From a virus (Duplodnaviria > Heunggongvirae > Uroviricota > Caudoviricetes): 21,204 nt of DNA. Made by a program: the position numbers and the translations under genes. Below are positions 8,105 to 16,685 of the stretch, one piece after another. Below the pieces are notes generated by a model that worked only from the letters and a program-made list of their open reading frames with translations, did not search any database and was not told where the DNA came from. The DNA lies in the IMG/VR virus record IMGVR_UViG_2703718841_000002. One strand, written 5' to 3'. Each line of letters opens with the position of its first letter. Position 1 is the first letter of the stretch.

Positions 8105-9139
8105 TTGCAGCTCCTCGAACTGAACGGCATCGACGCCGGTGATGTGTCGAAAAAATTCACCGTTGAACCGTCGGTCACCCAGACCCTGATGAACACCATG
8201 CAGGAGTCCTCTGATTTTCTGACCCGCATCAACATTGTGCCGGTCAGCGAAATGAAAGGGGAAAAAATTGGTATTGGTGTCACCGGCTCCATCGCCAGCA
8301 CCACCGACACCGCCGGTGGCACCGAGCGTCAGCCGAAGGACTTCTCGAAGCTGGCGTCAAACAAGTACGAATGCGACCAGATTAACTTCGATTTTTATAT
8401 CCGCTACAAAACGCTTGACCTGTGGGCGCGTTATCAGGATTTCCAGCTCCGTATCCGTAACGCCATTATCAAACGCCAGTCCCTTGATTTCATCATGGCC
8501 GGTTTTAACGGCGTGAAGCGTGCCGAAACCTCTGACCGCAGCAGCAATCCGATGCTGCAGGATGTGGCGGTCGGCTGGCTGCAGAAATACCGCAATGAAG
8601 CCCCGGCGCGCGTGATGAGCAAGGTTACTGACGAGGAAGGTCACACCACCTCTGAGGTCATCCGCGTGGGTAAGGGCGGTGATTATGCCAGCCTCGATGC
8701 ACTGGTGATGGATGCGACCAACAACCTGATTGAGCCGTGGTATCAGGAAGACCCTGACCTTGTGGTGATTGTGGGGCGTCAGCTACTGGCGGACAAGTAT
8801 TTCCCCATCGTCAACAGGGAGCAGGACAACAGCGAAATGCTGGCCGCTGACGTCATCATCAGCCAGAAACGCATCGGTAACCTGCCGGCGGTACGCGTCC
8901 CGTACTTCCCGGCGGATGCGATGCTCATCACGAAGCTGGAAAACCTGTCCATCTACTACATGGATGACAGCCATCGCCGCGTGATTGAGGAAAACCCGAA
9001 ACTCGACCGCGTGGAGAACTACGAGTCAATGAACATTGATTACGTGGTGGAAGACTACGCCGCCGGTTGTCTGGTGGAAAAAATTAAGGTCGGTGATTTC
9101 TCCACACCGGCTAAAGCGACCGCAGAGTCGGGAGCGTAA
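8105..9139 (+). CDS. N: Major capsid protein gpN, 5'-truncated (native start and ~15 N-terminal codons missing; track start is a TTG)
   Basis: 344-aa ORF ...LELNGIDAGDVSKKFTVEPSVTQTLMNTMQESSDFLTR... recognised as P2 N; begins within a few nt of the truncated P. Confidence 0.8.
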   Translation: MQLLELNGIDAGDVSKKFTVEPSVTQTLMNTMQESSDFLTRINIVPVSEMKGEKIGIGVTGSIASTTDTAGGTERQPKDFSKLASNKYECDQINFDFYIRYKTLDLWARYQDFQLRIRNAIIKRQSLDFIMAGFNGVKRAETSDRSSNPMLQDVAVGWLQKYRNEAPARVMSKVTDEEGHTTSEVIRVGKGGDYASLDALVMDATNNLIEPWYQEDPDLVVIVGRQLLADKYFPIVNREQDNSEMLAADVIISQKRIGNLPAVRVPYFPADAMLITKLENLSIYYMDDSHRRVIEENPKLDRVENYESMNIDYVVEDYAAGCLVEKIKVGDFSTPAKATAESGA

Positions 9140-9142
9140 CCG

Positions 9143-9886
9143 ATGACGAGTCCCGCACAGCGCCACATGATGCGGGTCTCGGCAGCGATGACCGCGCAGC
9201 GGGAAGCCGCCCCGCTGCGACATGCAACTGTCTATGAGCAGATGCTGGTTAAGCTCGCCGCAGACCAGCGCACACTGAAAGCGATTTATTCAAAAGAGCT
9301 GAAGGCCGCGAAAAAACGCGAACTGCTGCCGTTCTGGTTGCCGTGGGTGAACGGCGTGCTGGACCAGGGCAAAGGTGCACAGGATGACATTCTGATGACG
9401 GTCATGCTGTGGCGTCTGGATACCGGCGATATTGCCGGTGCGCTGGAGATTGCCCGTTATGCCCTGAAGTACGGTCTGACCATGCCGGGTAAACACCGCC
9501 GCACCCCGCCGTACATGTTCACCGAGGAGGTGGCGCTCGCGGCCATGCGCGCTCACGCTGCCGGTGAGTCTGTGGATACCCGCCTGCTGACGGAGACCCT
9601 TGAACTGACCGCCACGGCTGACATGCCTGATGAAGTGCGCGCAAAGCTGCACAAAATCACCGGTCTGTTTCTGCGTGGCGCTGGTGATGCCGCCGGTGCG
9701 CTGTCGCACCTGCAACGTGCGACACAGCTCGACTGTCAGGCAGGCGTCAAAAAAGAGATTGAACGACTGGAGCGGGAGCTGAAACCGAAGCCGGAGCCGC
9801 AGCCAAAAGCGGCCACCCGCGCCCCGCATAAGACCCGGAGCGTGACACCGGCAAAACGTGGACGCCCGAAAAAGAAAGCCAGTTAA
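9143..9886 (+). CDS. M: Terminase small (endonuclease) subunit gpM
   Basis: 247-aa ORF directly after N, basic C-terminal tail; P2 M-like. Confidence 0.85.
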   Translation: MTSPAQRHMMRVSAAMTAQREAAPLRHATVYEQMLVKLAADQRTLKAIYSKELKAAKKRELLPFWLPWVNGVLDQGKGAQDDILMTVMLWRLDTGDIAGALEIARYALKYGLTMPGKHRRTPPYMFTEEVALAAMRAHAAGESVDTRLLTETLELTATADMPDEVRAKLHKITGLFLRGAGDAAGALSHLQRATQLDCQAGVKKEIERLERELKPKPEPQPKAATRAPHKTRSVTPAKRGRPKKKAS

Positions 9887-9985
9887 CAACCGAATGCGCC
9901 CCGCGCCAGGGCGGCACGCCGGTCAGTGAGGGTGAATCACCTGACACTGCACCGGCGTCCACCGCCCGACTTTTCAGAGGTAGTC

Positions 9986-10495
9986 ATGATGACGCTGATT
10001 ATTCCGCGAAAGGAGGCTCCCGTGTCCGGTGAGGGTACGGTGGTCATCCCGCAACCGGCAGGCGACGAGCCGGTGATTAAAAACACGTTCTTTTTTCCCG
10101 ATATCGACCCGAAGCGCGTCCGGGAACGTATGCGCCTTGAGCAGACCGTCGCCCCCGCCCGTCTGCGTGAGGCTATCAAGTCAGGCATGGCGGAGACAAA
10201 TGCGGAGCTGTACGAGTATCGCGAACAGAAAATTGCCGCCGGTTTTACGCGTCTGGCGGACGTCCCGGCGGACGACATCGACGGTGAAAGCATCAAAGTT
10301 TTTTACTACGAGCGCGCCGTGTGTGCGATGGCGACCGCGTCGCTTTATGAGCGTTATCGCGGCGTGGATGCCAGTGCGAAAGGCGACAAGAAGGCTGACA
10401 GCATTGACAGCACCATTGATGAGCTGTGGCGGGATATGCGCTGGGCGGTGGCGCGCATCCAGGGCAAGCCGCGCTGCATCGTGAGTCAAATCTGA
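9986..10495 (+). CDS. L: Head completion/stabilisation protein gpL
   Basis: ORF 9926..10495; preferred start at internal MMTLIIPRKEAP (9986), giving 169 aa. Confidence 0.8.
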   Translation: MMTLIIPRKEAPVSGEGTVVIPQPAGDEPVIKNTFFFPDIDPKRVRERMRLEQTVAPARLREAIKSGMAETNAELYEYREQKIAAGFTRLADVPADDIDGESIKVFYYERAVCAMATASLYERYRGVDASAKGDKKADSIDSTIDELWRDMRWAVARIQGKPRCIVSQI

Positions 10496-10698
10496 TGAAG
10501 ACCTTTGCGCTACAGGGCGACACGCTCGACGCCATTTGTGTCCGGTATTACGGGCGCACTGAGGGCGTGGTTGAGACCGTGCTTGCCGCAAATCCGGGGC
10601 TGGCTGAACTGGGGGCGGTGCTGCCACATGGCACCGCCGTCGAACTGCCCGACGTTCAGACCGCGCCCGTGGCTGAAACTGTCAATCTGTGGGAGTAA
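10495..10698 (+). CDS. X: Tail protein gpX
   Basis: 67-aa MKTFALQGDTLDAICVRYYG...; start overlaps the L stop (TGATG). Confidence 0.75.
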   Translation: MKTFALQGDTLDAICVRYYGRTEGVVETVLAANPGLAELGAVLPHGTAVELPDVQTAPVAETVNLWE

Positions 10699-10701
10699 CG
10701 C

Positions 10702-10983
10702 ATGACAGCAGAAGAAAAAAGCGTCCTGTCGCTTTTCATGATTGGAGTGCTGATTGTTGTCGGCAAGGTGCTTGCCGGTGGTGAACCCATCACCCCGCGT
10801 CTGTTTATCGGGCGCATGTTGCTCGGTGGTTTTGTCTCGATGGTTGCCGGTGTTGTTCTGGTGCAGTTTCCTGACCTGTCACTGCCTGCGGTGTGCGGTA
10901 TCGGCTCCATGCTGGGTATCGCCGGTTATCAGGTGATTGAGATTGCCATTCAGCGCCGCTTTAAGGGCAGGGGGAAACCGTAA
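10702..10983 (+). CDS. Y: Holin gpY
   Basis: 93-aa protein with hydrophobic transmembrane segments and basic C-terminus, first gene of the lysis cassette. Confidence 0.8.
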   Translation: MTAEEKSVLSLFMIGVLIVVGKVLAGGEPITPRLFIGRMLLGGFVSMVAGVVLVQFPDLSLPAVCGIGSMLGIAGYQVIEIAIQRRFKGRGKP

Positions 10984-11480
10984 TGCCGGTAATTAACACG
11001 CATCAGAATATCGCGGCCTTTCTCGACATGCTGGCAGTGTCCGAAGGGACGGCGAATCATCCGCTGACGAAAAACCGGGGCTATGACGTGATAGTCACCG
11101 GACTGGACGGGAAGCCGGAAATTTTCACCGACTACAGTGACCACCCGTTCGCGCATGGCCGACCGGCGAAGGTGTTTAACTGTCGCGGTGAAAAATCCAC
11201 GGCCTCCGGTCGCTATCAGCAGCTTTACCTGTTCTGGCCGCACTACCGCAAACAGCTTGCCCTGCCGGATTTCAGTCCGTTGTCACAGGACAGACTCGCC
11301 ATTCAGTTGATCCGCGAACGCGGTGCGCTGGATGACATCCGGGCGGGACGCATTGAGCGCGCCATTTCACGCTGTCGCAATATCTGGGCGTCCCTGCCGG
11401 GTGCCGGTTACGGTCAGCGTGAGCATTCACTGGAAAAACTGGTCACCGTCTGGCGTACCGCTGGCGGCGTACCGGCTTAA
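10983..11480 (+). CDS. K: Endolysin gpK (lysozyme-like)
   Basis: 165-aa soluble protein after the holin; P2 K-like. Confidence 0.8.
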   Translation: MPVINTHQNIAAFLDMLAVSEGTANHPLTKNRGYDVIVTGLDGKPEIFTDYSDHPFAHGRPAKVFNCRGEKSTASGRYQQLYLFWPHYRKQLALPDFSPLSQDRLAIQLIRERGALDDIRAGRIERAISRCRNIWASLPGAGYGQREHSLEKLVTVWRTAGGVPA

Positions 11481-11494
11481 ACGGAGTAAACACC

Positions 11495-11920
11495 ATGAAG
11501 AAATTATCCCTTTCACTGATGCTGAACGTGTCGCTGGCGCTGATGCTGGCACTGTCCCTGATTTACCCGCAGAGCGTGGCCGTCAGTTTTGTCGCCACCT
11601 GGGCGATTCTGGCGACGGTTATCTGTGTGGTTGCCGGTGGTGTCGGCGTGTATGCCACTGAGTATGTGCTGGAACGCTACGGGCGTGAGCTGCCGCCTGA
11701 ATCGCTGGCCGTGAAGATTGTCACGTCGCTGTTTTTGCAGCCGGTGCCGTGGCGCAGACGGGCGGCGGCTCTGGTGGTGATGGTGGCGACGTTTATCTCG
11801 CTGGTCGCTGCCGGGTGGATTTTTACCGCGCTGATTTACCTCGTGGCGTCGGTGTTCTTCCGGCTGATACGTACGGCCTGTCGTCAGCGTTTTGAGGGGC
11901 GGGAACCATGTCAAAGCTGA
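11495..11920 (+). CDS. lysA: Lysis-timing membrane protein LysA
   Basis: 141 aa with about four hydrophobic helices, after the endolysin. Confidence 0.7.
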   Translation: MKKLSLSLMLNVSLALMLALSLIYPQSVAVSFVATWAILATVICVVAGGVGVYATEYVLERYGRELPPESLAVKIVTSLFLQPVPWRRRAAALVVMVATFISLVAAGWIFTALIYLVASVFFRLIRTACRQRFEGREPCQS

Positions 11921-12333
11921 TGATTGTGATGGTTGTGTTGTTATCGCTGGCGGTGGCGGGGCTGTTTCTGGCGAAGCATGAAAACGCCAGCCTGCGCGCC
12001 TCGCTGGACAGGGTGAACAGCGTCGCCAGTGAACAGCAGACGACCATCACCATGCTGAAAAATCAGCTTCATGTTGCCCTCACCAGGGCAGACAAAAACG
12101 AGCTGGCGCAGGTGGCACTGCGTCAGGCGCTGGAGAACGCCGCGAAGCGTGAAGCACTGCGCGAGAAAACCATCACGAGGTTACTTAATGAAAACGAGGA
12201 TTTTCGCCGCTGGTATGGCGCTGACCTGCCTGATGCTGTGCGCCGGTTGCACCAGCGTCCGGCCTGCACCGACGCCAGTGATTGTCCACAACGCCTGCCC
12301 GAAAGTGAGCCTTTGCCCGATGCCGGGCAGTGA
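11908..12333 (+). CDS. lysB: i-spanin LysB (Rz-like)
   Basis: 141 aa, N-terminal transmembrane helix then charged coiled-coil-like region. Confidence 0.7.
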   Translation: MSKLMIVMVVLLSLAVAGLFLAKHENASLRASLDRVNSVASEQQTTITMLKNQLHVALTRADKNELAQVALRQALENAAKREALREKTITRLLNENEDFRRWYGADLPDAVRRLHQRPACTDASDCPQRLPESEPLPDAGQ

Positions 12334-12478
12334 CCCGCAGAAGAACGGCGATTTAAGTGCTGATATCCGGCAGCTTGAGAACGCGCTGGCACGCTGTGCC
12401 AGCCAGGTAAAAATGATTAAACACTGTCAGGACGAAAACGATGCTCAAACCCGACAGCCTGCGCAGGGCGCTGACTGA
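12188..12478 (+). CDS. lysC: o-spanin lipoprotein LysC (Rz1-like), partly embedded in lysB in another frame
   Basis: Internal ATG of ORF 12071..12478 gives MKTRIFAAGMALTCLMLCAGC... with an LCAGC lipobox; 96 aa. Confidence 0.65.
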   Translation: MKTRIFAAGMALTCLMLCAGCTSVRPAPTPVIVHNACPKVSLCPMPGSDPQKNGDLSADIRQLENALARCASQVKMIKHCQDENDAQTRQPAQGAD

Positions 12479-12908
12479 TGCCGTCACGGTGCTGAAAACT
12501 AACCCCGATATGCTGCGGATATTCGTGGATAACGGGAGTATTGCCTCCACGCTAGCGGAGTCGTTGTCATTCGAAAAGCGTTACACGCTCAATGTCATTG
12601 TGACCGACTTTACCGGTGATTTTGACCTGCTCATCGTGCCGGTGCTGGCGTGGCTGCGGGAAAATCAGCCCGACATCATGACCACCGACGAAGGCCAGAA
12701 AAAGGGCTTCACGTTTTATGCAGACATCAACAATGACAGCAGCTTTGATATCAGCATCAGCCTGATGCTGACCGAGCGCACGCTGGTCAGTGAGGTGGAC
12801 GGCGCACTGCATGTGAAGAATATCCCGGAACCCACGCCGCCGGAGCCGGTCACCCGCCCGATGGAGCTTTATATCAATGGTGAACTGGTGAGCAAGTGGG
12901 ATGAATGA
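12441..12908 (+). CDS. R: Tail completion protein gpR
   Basis: 155-aa ORF MLKPDSLRRALTDAVTVLKTNPDML...; P2 R-like. Confidence 0.85.
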   Translation: MLKPDSLRRALTDAVTVLKTNPDMLRIFVDNGSIASTLAESLSFEKRYTLNVIVTDFTGDFDLLIVPVLAWLRENQPDIMTTDEGQKKGFTFYADINNDSSFDISISLMLTERTLVSEVDGALHVKNIPEPTPPEPVTRPMELYINGELVSKWDE

Positions 12909-13359
12909 GTTTAAGCGTTTTGAAGACCGGCTGACCGGACTGATTGAGTCGCTGTCACCGTCAGGGCGTCGGCGACTGGCGGTAGATATTGCGAAGAAGC
13001 TGCGCCAGCGCCAGCAGCAGCGAATTAAATTACAAAAAGCCCCGGATGGTACGCCGTATGTACCGAGAAAAAACCAACCAGTACGAAATAAGAAAGGCCG
13101 GATAAAGCGGGAAATGTTTGTGAAATTACGCACTAACCGGTTTATGAAAGCAACAGGTAGCGAGAGTGCGGCGGTGGTGGCGTTTGCCAGCGGAGTACAA
13201 CGAATTGCGCGAGTACATCAATTAGGGCTTAGGGATAAGCCGGGGCGTAATAGTGCTGTGGTGGAATATCCTGTTCGTGAGTTATTTGGTTTTGACAAGG
13301 AATCTATACAATTGATAGAAAGGGAGTTATTAGTGATTCTATCGAAAGATGTTATATGA
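12901..13359 (+). CDS. S: Tail completion protein gpS (3' end is AT-rich, possibly a chimeric C-terminus)
   Basis: 152-aa ORF MNEFKRFEDRLTGLIESLSPSGRRRL...; composition turns AT-rich from about 13200. Confidence 0.8.
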   Translation: MNEFKRFEDRLTGLIESLSPSGRRRLAVDIAKKLRQRQQQRIKLQKAPDGTPYVPRKNQPVRNKKGRIKREMFVKLRTNRFMKATGSESAAVVAFASGVQRIARVHQLGLRDKPGRNSAVVEYPVRELFGFDKESIQLIERELLVILSKDVI

Positions 13360-14111
13360 GACGGGTGTTTGTGGATAAAAAGTTTTCCATTTTGAGAAAA
13401 AGAGTAAAGCATTCTCAAAAGAAAGTTATGGATTGTATTATTGCTGACCATAATGCTGATATATGTGTGTTATGCGGGAGTTCTGACGATATTACTCGTG
13501 AGCACATTATTCCTCAGTGGGCCTTTGAGTCAAATGCTGAAAAATCTTTAATTAATAAAAAGAATAATCAGTCAACTCATTACATTAAAGCCACTGTACC
13601 AGCATGCAGAGTGTGCAATTCTGATTTGCTGGGAGTGTTTGAGTATAACCTGAAGAAATTTCTTACGGAAAAGAGAGGGGAGGAGTTAACAGATTATGAG
13701 TATGATTGCATCATATGGTGGTTGCAATACATGGGTTTTAAGTTGCAATTAATGGATTTGCGGAACCGCTTTCTCAGGTATAAAGGTGGTGATTATATCC
13801 CGTTTCTTGCAAACTTCCCGGTTGCAATGTTTTGGGGGAATGTCGATACGACGCCGGGGGATGTCTTCAGGATTATACGAAAATCGCGACGCAATCTGAT
13901 GTCGAAATGGAAGGATAAAAAACATAATTCTTTGATGGTTTTTGAAACATCAAACAAGAGTTTTCATTTCTTTCATAAGGTTGATGAATTTATTTTTATT
14001 GAAATTCCTCAGGTTAAGAAGGCGTTTTTCTTCTTTTTTAATAAAGAATTTGACAGCCATGATTTAGCTCATGAGGAGTGTATGAAGATTATAGAGAAGT
14101 GCTACAACTAA
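13356..14111 (+). CDS. HNH-motif endonuclease-like protein; candidate accessory/defence gene at the S-V moron site
   Basis: 251-aa AT-rich ORF with CVLCGSSDDITREHIIPQW and a second CRVCN pair; start overlaps the S stop. Confidence 0.6.
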   Translation: MRRVFVDKKFSILRKRVKHSQKKVMDCIIADHNADICVLCGSSDDITREHIIPQWAFESNAEKSLINKKNNQSTHYIKATVPACRVCNSDLLGVFEYNLKKFLTEKRGEELTDYEYDCIIWWLQYMGFKLQLMDLRNRFLRYKGGDYIPFLANFPVAMFWGNVDTTPGDVFRIIRKSRRNLMSKWKDKKHNSLMVFETSNKSFHFFHKVDEFIFIEIPQVKKAFFFFFNKEFDSHDLAHEECMKIIEKCYN

Positions 14112-14188
14112 TATTTGTTATGTTGTGTCACAGCTGACAGAACCCTCCATGATTGCTGCTGGTATCGTCCAGCGGCATCCTTCCCGTT
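14112..14188 (+). promoter_or_regulatory. Possible Ogr-dependent late promoter upstream of V (imperfect TGT-N11/13-ACA dyad)
   Basis: TGTTATGTTGTGTCACAGCTGACA in the intergenic region ahead of V; spacing does not match the TGT-N12-ACA consensus exactly. Confidence 0.25.
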
Positions 14189-14824
14189 ATGAACACTCTC
14201 GCAAATATTCAGGAACTCGCGCGCGCACTGCGCAATATGATTCGCACCGGCGTTATCGTCGAAACCGACCTTAACGCCGGTCGCTGCCGTGTGCAGACCG
14301 GCGGCATGTGCACCGACTGGCTTCAGTGGTTGACCCATCGTGCCGGGCGTTCGCGTACATGGTGGGCACCTTCCGTGGGGGAACAGGTGCTGATTCTGGC
14401 CGTGGGCGGTGAACTTGACACGGCGTTTGTTCTGCCGGGGATTTATTCCGGTGATAACCCCGCGCCGTCTGCGTCGGCGGATGCCCTGCATATCCGTTTC
14501 CCTGACGGGGCGGTGATTGAGTATGAACCCGAAACCAGTGCACTCATGGTAAGCGGAATTAAAACGGCCAGCGTGACGGCTTCTGATTCTGTTACTGCCA
14601 CGGTGCCGGTGGTCATGGTGAAAGCATCAACCCGCATCACCATGGACGCACCGGAGGTGGTCTGCACCAACAGGCTGATTACCGACACGCTGGAAGTGCA
14701 GAAGGGCGGGACGATGCGCGGCAACATTGAACACACCGGCGGTGAACTCTCATCAAACGGTAAGGTACTGCATACCCATAAACACCCCGGCGACAGCGGC
14801 GGCACAACCGGGAGTCCTCTATGA
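14189..14824 (+). CDS. V: Baseplate spike/assembly protein gpV
   Basis: ORF 14153..14824; preferred start MNTLANIQELARALRNM at 14189 (211 aa). Confidence 0.85.
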   Translation: MNTLANIQELARALRNMIRTGVIVETDLNAGRCRVQTGGMCTDWLQWLTHRAGRSRTWWAPSVGEQVLILAVGGELDTAFVLPGIYSGDNPAPSASADALHIRFPDGAVIEYEPETSALMVSGIKTASVTASDSVTATVPVVMVKASTRITMDAPEVVCTNRLITDTLEVQKGGTMRGNIEHTGGELSSNGKVLHTHKHPGDSGGTTGSPL

Positions 14825-15168
14825 CAGCGCGTTATCTCGGAATGAATCGCAGTGATGGCCTGACTGTCACTGACCTTGAGCATATCAGCCAGAGTATCGG
14901 CGATATCCTGCGCACACCGGTCGGCTCACGGGTGATGCGTCGTGATTACGGCTCGTTGCTGGCGTCAATGATTGACCAGCCGCAGACCCCGGCGCTTGAG
15001 TTGCAGATTAAGGTCGCCTGTTACATGGCCGTGCTGAAATGGGAACCCCGCGTCACCCTGTCATCCGTCACCACGGCGCGCAGTTTTGACGGGCGAATGA
15101 CGGTCACGTTAACCGGCCAGCACAACGACACCGGCCAGCCACTTTCGTTAACCATCCCTGTGAGTTGA
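14821..15168 (+). CDS. W: Baseplate wedge protein gpW
   Basis: 115-aa ORF overlapping the V stop; P2 W-like. Confidence 0.85.
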   Translation: MTARYLGMNRSDGLTVTDLEHISQSIGDILRTPVGSRVMRRDYGSLLASMIDQPQTPALELQIKVACYMAVLKWEPRVTLSSVTTARSFDGRMTVTLTGQHNDTGQPLSLTIPVS

Positions 15169-15172
15169 AACC

Positions 15173-16081
15173 ATGCCGATTATCGACCTGAACCAGCTAC
15201 CCGCACCGGATGTGGTCGAGGAGCTGGACTTTGAAACCATTCTTGCCGAACGCAAGGCGACACTGATTTCCCTTTACCCGGAAGACCAGCAGGAGGCGGT
15301 CGCCCGTACCCTGACGCTGGAATCTGAGCCTCTCGTCAAACTGCTGGAGGAAAATGCTTATCGTGAGCTTATCTGGCGTCAGCGTGTGAATGAGGCTGCA
15401 CGGGCGGTGATGCTGGCCTGTGCCGCCGGTAATGACCTTGATGTGATTGGTGCCAATTACAACACCACACGCCTGATTATCACCCCGGCAGATGATTCGA
15501 CCCTCCCGCCGACACCGGCCGTGATGGAATCTGACACCGATTATCGTCTGCGTATTCAGCAGGCGTTTGAAGGTTTAAGCGTCGCCGGGTCGGTGGGGGC
15601 CTATCAGTATCATGGTCGAAGTGCCGACGGGCGTGTCGCAGATATCTCTGTCACCAGTCCTTCTCCGGCCTGCGTCACCATCTCTGTGCTGTCACGTGAA
15701 AATAACGGTGTGGCATCCGAAGACCTGCTGGCGGTGGTGCGCAACGCCCTTAATGGTGAGGACGTCAGACCGGTGGCCGACCGTGTGACCGTGCAGTCTG
15801 CCGTCATCGTTGAATACCAGATAAATGCCACGCTTTACCTTTACCCTGGCCCCGAAAGCGAACCCATTCGCGCTGCCGCCGTGAAAAAACTGGAAGCGTA
15901 TATCACGGCACAGCACCGGCTGGGGCGCGACATCCGACTGTCTGCCATTTATGCCGCTTTGCATGTGGAAGGCGTGCAGCGTGTCGAACTGGCTGCACCG
16001 CTGGCCGACATCGTGCTCAACAATACGCAGGCGTCTTTCTGTACCGAATACAGCGTCGTGACAGGAGGCTCGGATGAGTGA
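15173..16081 (+). CDS. J: Baseplate assembly protein gpJ
   Basis: 302-aa ORF in conserved V-W-J-I order. Confidence 0.85.
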   Translation: MPIIDLNQLPAPDVVEELDFETILAERKATLISLYPEDQQEAVARTLTLESEPLVKLLEENAYRELIWRQRVNEAARAVMLACAAGNDLDVIGANYNTTRLIITPADDSTLPPTPAVMESDTDYRLRIQQAFEGLSVAGSVGAYQYHGRSADGRVADISVTSPSPACVTISVLSRENNGVASEDLLAVVRNALNGEDVRPVADRVTVQSAVIVEYQINATLYLYPGPESEPIRAAAVKKLEAYITAQHRLGRDIRLSAIYAALHVEGVQRVELAAPLADIVLNNTQASFCTEYSVVTGGSDE

Positions 16082-16685
16082 TTCGCGACTGCTGCCGACC
16101 GGCTCATCACCGCTTGAAGTCGCTGCCGCAAAAGCCTGTGCGGAAATTGAAAAAACGCCGGTCAGTATTCGTGAGCTGTGGAACCCGGACACCTGCCCGG
16201 CAAATCTGCTGCCGTGGCTGGCGTGGTCATTTTCGGTTGACCGCTGGGATGATAAGTGGCCGGAAGCGACAAAACGCGCTGTTATCCGCGATGCGTATTT
16301 CATTCACTGCCATAAGGGCACTATAGGCGCAATCCGGCGTGTGGTGGAGCCGCTCGGCTATCTGATTGAGGTGAGGGAGTGGTGGCAGCTCAACGAGGAG
16401 CCGGGGACGTTCCGCATCGTTGTTGGCGTGCTTGAGCAGGGTATTACCGAGGAAATGTATCAGGAGCTGGAGCGCCTCGTTGCTGATGCAAAACCGGCAA
16501 GCCGCCATCTGACGGGACTGGCTATCAGTTTAAGTACAACCGGCAACATTTTTGCCGGTGCGGGATGCTATCACGGTGACGCCCTGACGGTTTATCCCTA
16601 CACCCCGGAGGCCATTATTGTCGGAGGGGATTATTTCCCGGCCTCGGCCATTCATTTAATTGATAACCTGAGAGTAAACGCATGA
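16074..16685 (+). CDS. I: Baseplate/tail protein gpI
   Basis: 203-aa ORF MSDSRLLPTGSSPLEVAAAKACAEIEK...; overlaps the J stop. Confidence 0.8.
   Translation: MSDSRLLPTGSSPLEVAAAKACAEIEKTPVSIRELWNPDTCPANLLPWLAWSFSVDRWDDKWPEATKRAVIRDAYFIHCHKGTIGAIRRVVEPLGYLIEVREWWQLNEEPGTFRIVVGVLEQGITEEMYQELERLVADAKPASRHLTGLAISLSTTGNIFAGAGCYHGDALTVYPYTPEAIIVGGDYFPASAIHLIDNLRVNA

Noticed and set aside
6645-8644. Overlapping ORFs on both strands within Q, the P remnant and N (e.g. 6645..7103, 6926..7405, 7218..7493, 7559..8008, 7753..8322, 8268..8516, 8357..8644, 8434..8622)
   Set aside because: Alternate frames of conserved structural genes; Arg/Ala/Ser-rich translations typical of GC-rich off-frames.
8769-12550. 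Assorted short antisense or off-frame ORFs across M, L, lysis and R genes (e.g. 8769..8984, 8783..8974, 9026..9223, 9290..9889, 9747..9962, 9937..10296, 10137..10484, 10181..10627, 10293..10535, 10505..10705, 10656..10910, 10754..10936, 10950..11243, 11323..11661, 11513..11914, 11823..12053, 12123..12392, 12353..12550)
   Set aside because: Each is nested in or antisense to a gene with clear phage identity; only lysC (12188..12478) was kept because it has a lipoprotein signal and a known embedded arrangement.
12567-13451. Minus-strand ORFs 12567..13133 and 13218..13451 opposite R/S and the S-HNH junction
   Set aside because: Antisense to conserved tail completion genes; no RBS or motif support.
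14112-14188. Confident assignment of an Ogr-dependent late promoter upstream of V
   Set aside because: The TGT/ACA dyad spacing is 11 or 13 rather than the 12 I recall for the consensus, so it is kept only as a low-confidence feature.
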